In this document: one piece after another, positions 60,192-64,000 of the stretch | Position numbering within the stretch: the first letter of the stretch is position 1 | Layout of the letters: each line of letters starts with the position of its first letter | From: Methanoculleus sp. UBA208 | Lineage (GTDB): Archaea > Halobacteriota > Methanomicrobia > Methanomicrobiales > Methanoculleaceae | Assembly: GCF_002498065.1 (NCBI RefSeq) | Contig: NZ_DAFZ01000109.1 | Span: 2,542 to 66,541 of the forward strand | Direction: 5' to 3' | DNA length: 64,000 bases | Notes under the pieces: generated by a model | What the model was told of the DNA's origin: nothing | Databases searched by the model: none | The model's input: the letters and a program-made list of their open reading frames with translations, nothing else | Position numbers and translations under genes: made by a program

Positions 60192-62846
60192 TCAGGATTT
60201 CTTTAACCCATCCACCCTCACCGTCCCGAGGCTGCCGTCCACCTCCACCACCTGCCCGTCCGAGAGCATCGCGGTTGCGTTCTCGATGCCGACAACGCAG
60301 GGTTTTCCGTACTCGCGGGCGATGATCGAACCGTGCTGCAGGAGCCCGCCCACCTCGAGGACGATGCCGCCCGCGGTGATGAACAGCGGCGTCCACCCGG
60401 GGTCCGCCGCCCCGATCACGAGGATCTCCCCCGGACGGACCTCTTTTTCGCCGGGGTAGCGGAGCACTTTCACCGGGCCGCAGGCCATCCCCCCCGAGAC
60501 GCCGTAGCCCCGGAGTTCACCGGGCCCCGGTTCCCTGGCCGGCGGCCTCCGGATACGTCCCCGGGAATCGATGAGCGCGGGGAAACGACGGCACCTCTCG
60601 ACCCGCACGTAGTCCGCCCGGTTCTTCTCCACCACCGCTCGCAGGTCCGCACCGGGGTTCTCAAGGGCGTCGCGGACGTCCTCGACGGCGAGGAGAAAGA
60701 CGTCTTCTGCGGCGCCGATCCGGCCCGCGGATGCCAGGCGCCGGCCGTTCTCGAGCGCTCTCTTCCGGACGCGCCCCGTCACCGTGACCAGGTAGTGCTT
60801 GTGGTCTTCGCGCAACCCCCCGAAGTTCTCGAGCACCCCGGAGAGGTGCCTGAAGTACCGGGCTTTCAGGCGGCCCTGCTTCCGGAAGTAGCCGTAAAGC
60901 TCCGCATACGCCCGCTCCCGGTCCCGTTGCATCTCGAGGAACCGCTCGCCCGGGCTCATCGCCCCGCCGCTGGCAGGGTGGAGGTTTTTGATCTGGGCCA
61001 GGAGAAGCAGGCGGTCGCCCGCATACCCCTTCGCGGCAGGGTCGATCTCGCGCGGGCCCCGGCACCCGTAGGCCTTCATGAACTCCCCCCACGCTTCCAT
61101 GAACGGTCCGGGCATCTCTCTGCGCTCTATGCGTTCTTCGAGGGCAGGCAGATCCAGGAAGAGCGCCGGGTCGACCTGCTCTGCAAGGCGGTGCATGGAG
61201 CGGCCCATCCGCGTCGTGACGTTTTCCGGGTGCGCCCGGTCCAGCCGTTCCGCCAGCATCCGGATCTCCCGTGGTTCGTCTGCAACCATCCGCCGCAGGA
61301 GCAGGCGGGCGGCCTCTGAGCAGATCAGCGTGGCTCCCGTAGACTCTTTGACGAGCCGGACGACCAGCCGGCCCGATTTCTCGCAGAACCCCTGCAGGTC
61401 CGGGGTTGTTGCGTCGAGTTCCTCAATGGCGGCTTCAAACGCCGTAACCCTCTCTGCATACCACCGTTGCAGGCGGCCGGGGAAGAGGAAGCCCAGCACC
61501 GATCTCCCGATCAGGTCCTTTGAGCGCCAGAGCGATGAAGAGACGATCCGGTTCATCAGTCCGGGCCTCTCCGGGTTTTGCCACTCCCGCGGATCGAGAT
61601 TGCGCAGCACCTCCGCCGTCGATGCATCAAGCCCCTCGAACTGCAGGGCGATCATCCAGGGCTTCTCCAGCCAGAGGAGGTTCGAGACGTTGAGATAGAT
61701 CCTCCCGCCGAGCGTCTGCCCGAGGCCTTCTTCGATGTCGCTGCCGATCCCGGCAACGCCCGTCAGCTCTTCGAGCGTGTACGCGAGAATCCGGTCGAGC
61801 CACGACGACCCGAAGGGCGTGAGAGACCCCTGCATGCCGTGCTCGATCAGGGTGACGTCCATGTAGAGGCGGGCGGGTTCTCCGGGCGGGGTCATGAGCC
61901 TCTTATCAAGCGGGAGAAGCGCCGTCACCGGCCGGGCCTGCAGGAGAAAGCAGGCATCCCCGGAGAACGTCCACTCGACATCGACCGGATGGCCGAAGAG
62001 GGACTCGGTCTCCAGCACCAGGTCGCGCAGCCGGCAGACCTCCTCTTCGGTGAGCGACCACTCATCGGTGCGGTAGCCGGCCCGCTCCTCGATACCGCCG
62101 CCGGGCGAGAAGAAGAGCGAGACCTGCTTTCCGCCCCGCCGTTTCGCGAGGATCCCGTCCCCATGTTCGACGACGAACAGGTCGGGCGTGGCCCGTCCCG
62201 AGACGATGCTTTCGCCGAGGCCCCAGTTCGCGTTGACGACGACTTCGTCTAACGAGTTGGTCTCCGGGTTTGCCGAGAAGGCGACCCCCGATGCCCTGCT
62301 CTCCACGAGGTGCTGGACGATGACCGCGATCCCGGCATCGCGGGCCGGGAGGCCCGACTCTCTTTGGTACGCAAAGACCCGGGGCTCGAACCGGGACGCA
62401 TATACGTCCCGTAAGGCCGATTCCAGCGCCTCTTTTCGGATCCCGAGCCGCGTCCGGTACATGCCTGCGGCTGCGGCACCTGCCAGGTCCTCGTCGGCTG
62501 CGGACGAGCGGACGGCGTACAGCCCGTCCGGCAGCCGGTCCAGCGCCCGGTGCAGCCCTTCCCGCTGGCAGTCCGAGAACGCGAGCGTGCCGCACGCCGC
62601 GGCGACCTGCCGGATTGCTGCGTCCCGTTCTCCGTCGTCGGCGGAGAGCAGGTTCTGCCAGGCGCCGGTCTTTTGGAGCGCTGCCGTCCACTCCGCAAAA
62701 AAGTCCGCCGTGAGAACGAACCCCGGCGGGACGGGGAGGCCGGCCCGGATCATCCGGTGCAGCGATGCCGCCTTCCCTCCCATGGCCCTGCCGGTATCGG
62801 CACCCCTGTCGCCGAGGAATATGACGGAACCGCTGCAGCCATCCAT
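60192..62846 (-). CDS. PEP-utilising / rifampin-phosphotransferase-like dikinase
   Basis: GGKAASL, AVRSSAADED, NWGLGESIVSG, DVEW, LQARPVT; C-terminal swivel domain DPGWTPLF...LQHGSIIAREYG. Confidence 0.88.
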   Translation of the reverse strand: MDGCSGSVIFLGDRGADTGRAMGGKAASLHRMIRAGLPVPPGFVLTADFFAEWTAALQKTGAWQNLLSADDGERDAAIRQVAAACGTLAFSDCQREGLHRALDRLPDGLYAVRSSAADEDLAGAAAAGMYRTRLGIRKEALESALRDVYASRFEPRVFAYQRESGLPARDAGIAVIVQHLVESRASGVAFSANPETNSLDEVVVNANWGLGESIVSGRATPDLFVVEHGDGILAKRRGGKQVSLFFSPGGGIEERAGYRTDEWSLTEEEVCRLRDLVLETESLFGHPVDVEWTFSGDACFLLQARPVTALLPLDKRLMTPPGEPARLYMDVTLIEHGMQGSLTPFGSSWLDRILAYTLEELTGVAGIGSDIEEGLGQTLGGRIYLNVSNLLWLEKPWMIALQFEGLDASTAEVLRNLDPREWQNPERPGLMNRIVSSSLWRSKDLIGRSVLGFLFPGRLQRWYAERVTAFEAAIEELDATTPDLQGFCEKSGRLVVRLVKESTGATLICSEAARLLLRRMVADEPREIRMLAERLDRAHPENVTTRMGRSMHRLAEQVDPALFLDLPALEERIERREMPGPFMEAWGEFMKAYGCRGPREIDPAAKGYAGDRLLLLAQIKNLHPASGGAMSPGERFLEMQRDRERAYAELYGYFRKQGRLKARYFRHLSGVLENFGGLREDHKHYLVTVTGRVRKRALENGRRLASAGRIGAAEDVFLLAVEDVRDALENPGADLRAVVEKNRADYVRVERCRRFPALIDSRGRIRRPPAREPGPGELRGYGVSGGMACGPVKVLRYPGEKEVRPGEILVIGAADPGWTPLFITAGGIVLEVGGLLQHGSIIAREYGKPCVVGIENATAMLSDGQVVEVDGSLGTVRVDGLKKS

Positions 62847-63046
62847 GCTTAGAGGTTAATTTGCCTCTCCGCAGTTATGTGCATTGCCATGGACGGGCGG
62901 AGGGTAAACCGCCGTGCTCTCCCGGATCGCCCATCGCCATTGCCTTCCGGGCAATGGGGGAGGCGGATCTTTCCGGGTTAAGGGGTTTCCACAATCATAT
63001 ATACATAATAAAGACAGGATCCCTTTGTGCAAGTGGAGTCCTGCCG

Positions 63047-64000
63047 ATGACACCACCCTCCGGTGCTTCCGCTGAACCCGGGCCGGCACCGCACACGCTC
63101 GACCTGCTTGACGAGGGCGTGTTTCTGGTCGGTCCAGAGAACCGTATCGCCTGGATCAACAGAGCGCTGCAGCACTCTCTCGGTGTCGACCGGGACGCTC
63201 TTTTCGGCGTCGCCGCCGGGGAGTTCCTGAACCGGTTTCTTCTGCCCCGGATCGTCGAAGAGGAGTGCCGACGGGCGATATCGACATCATTACGGGACCG
63301 TGCCGACCTCCCGGCCCTTGCCTGCACCCTCCGGACCGCCGACGGCGGAGAGCGGCGGATCCGGTGCTCCAGCAGGGTCGGAGAGGACGGCATGCACCTC
63401 GTCCGCCTGCAGGACCGCCGGCCGGATGGCGAGCAGGAGATGCTGGAAACCATCCTTTCGTACCTGCCGGAGACGGTGAACATCCTGGACCGAGACCTCC
63501 GGTACGTCTACGTGGACGCGGAGTTCGCCCGTAAACTCGGCCGGGAGCCGCACGAGATGGTGGGGAAGACCTGGGAGGAGCTCGGGTTTACGATGGAGGG
63601 GGCGGGCCCGTACTTCGAGAAGGTCAGGGAGGTCTTTGCCACCGGCAAGCAGGTGCGGGGAGAGGTCCGCCATGCCGTAATACAGGATTTCGAGTACAGC
63701 GAGTACATCTCGGTCCCGATCCCCGGTCCCTCGGGAAGGGTCGAGCGGGTCCTGACGGTCTCACGCGACATCACCGGCCGGAAGCGGGCGGAGCGGAGGA
63801 TGGCGCACGAGCGCGAACTGCTGCAGGCGATCATCGATGCGATCCCGGTGATGATCACGATCTACGATCCGAACCTGAAGACGTTCCGGTTCAACCGCGC
63901 GTTGCGCGAGACGCTGGGCTGGACGGAGGAAGACGCAAGCAGCGGGGATCTCATGGCGTTATGCTACCCCGACCCCGGGTACCGGGAGATGGTCGGCCGG
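63047..64000 (+). CDS. Multi-PAS sensor protein (runs off the window)
   Basis: Manual translation from ATG 63047: LDLLDEGVFLV...WIN, DRDLRYVYVD, SRDITGRKRAE, IIDAIPVMITIYD. Confidence 0.85.
   Translation, partial: MTPPSGASAEPGPAPHTLDLLDEGVFLVGPENRIAWINRALQHSLGVDRDALFGVAAGEFLNRFLLPRIVEEECRRAISTSLRDRADLPALACTLRTADGGERRIRCSSRVGEDGMHLVRLQDRRPDGEQEMLETILSYLPETVNILDRDLRYVYVDAEFARKLGREPHEMVGKTWEELGFTMEGAGPYFEKVREVFATGKQVRGEVRHAVIQDFEYSEYISVPIPGPSGRVERVLTVSRDITGRKRAERRMAHERELLQAIIDAIPVMITIYDPNLKTFRFNRALRETLGWTEEDASSGDLMALCYPDPGYREMVGR

Noticed and set aside
60192..62846. Calling the gene ppsA or rph
   Set aside because: Domain order lacks the C-terminal PEP-binding barrel of PpsA, and rifampin specificity cannot be inferred from the motifs seen

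Overview
High-GC archaeal chromosomal segment. TFE, aTrm56, the DUF39-CBS sulfur-assimilation operon, PAS-rich kinases and PEGA surface proteins point to a Methanomicrobiales methanogen, most like Methanoculleus. Core blocks (tRNA-Leu, tfe/trm56, homocysteine operon, alaS, Lhr-MPE, phi/aminotransferase/M42) alternate with accessory regions. Most notable: (1) a ~45-bp double-hairpin mini-element present at least 8 times, with variable sequence but compensatory base pairing; it nests inside MITE-like elements with IS903-like ends, and one copy interrupts the catalytic motif of a C39 peptidase gene; (2) an overlapping CARF-only / PIN / HAD gene trio with no CRISPR-cas in the window; (3) an RPH-like dikinase next to a CrtC/AttH-like-polyprenyl synthase fusion; (4) two genes whose conserved N-termini appear to start at ATC after a strong RBS; (5) an AddAB-like pair, Fic, MNT-HEPN and a low-GC three-gene islet. 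Several single-base frameshifts in homopolymers may be assembly errors. All family assignments come from motif recognition by eye, not database searches.
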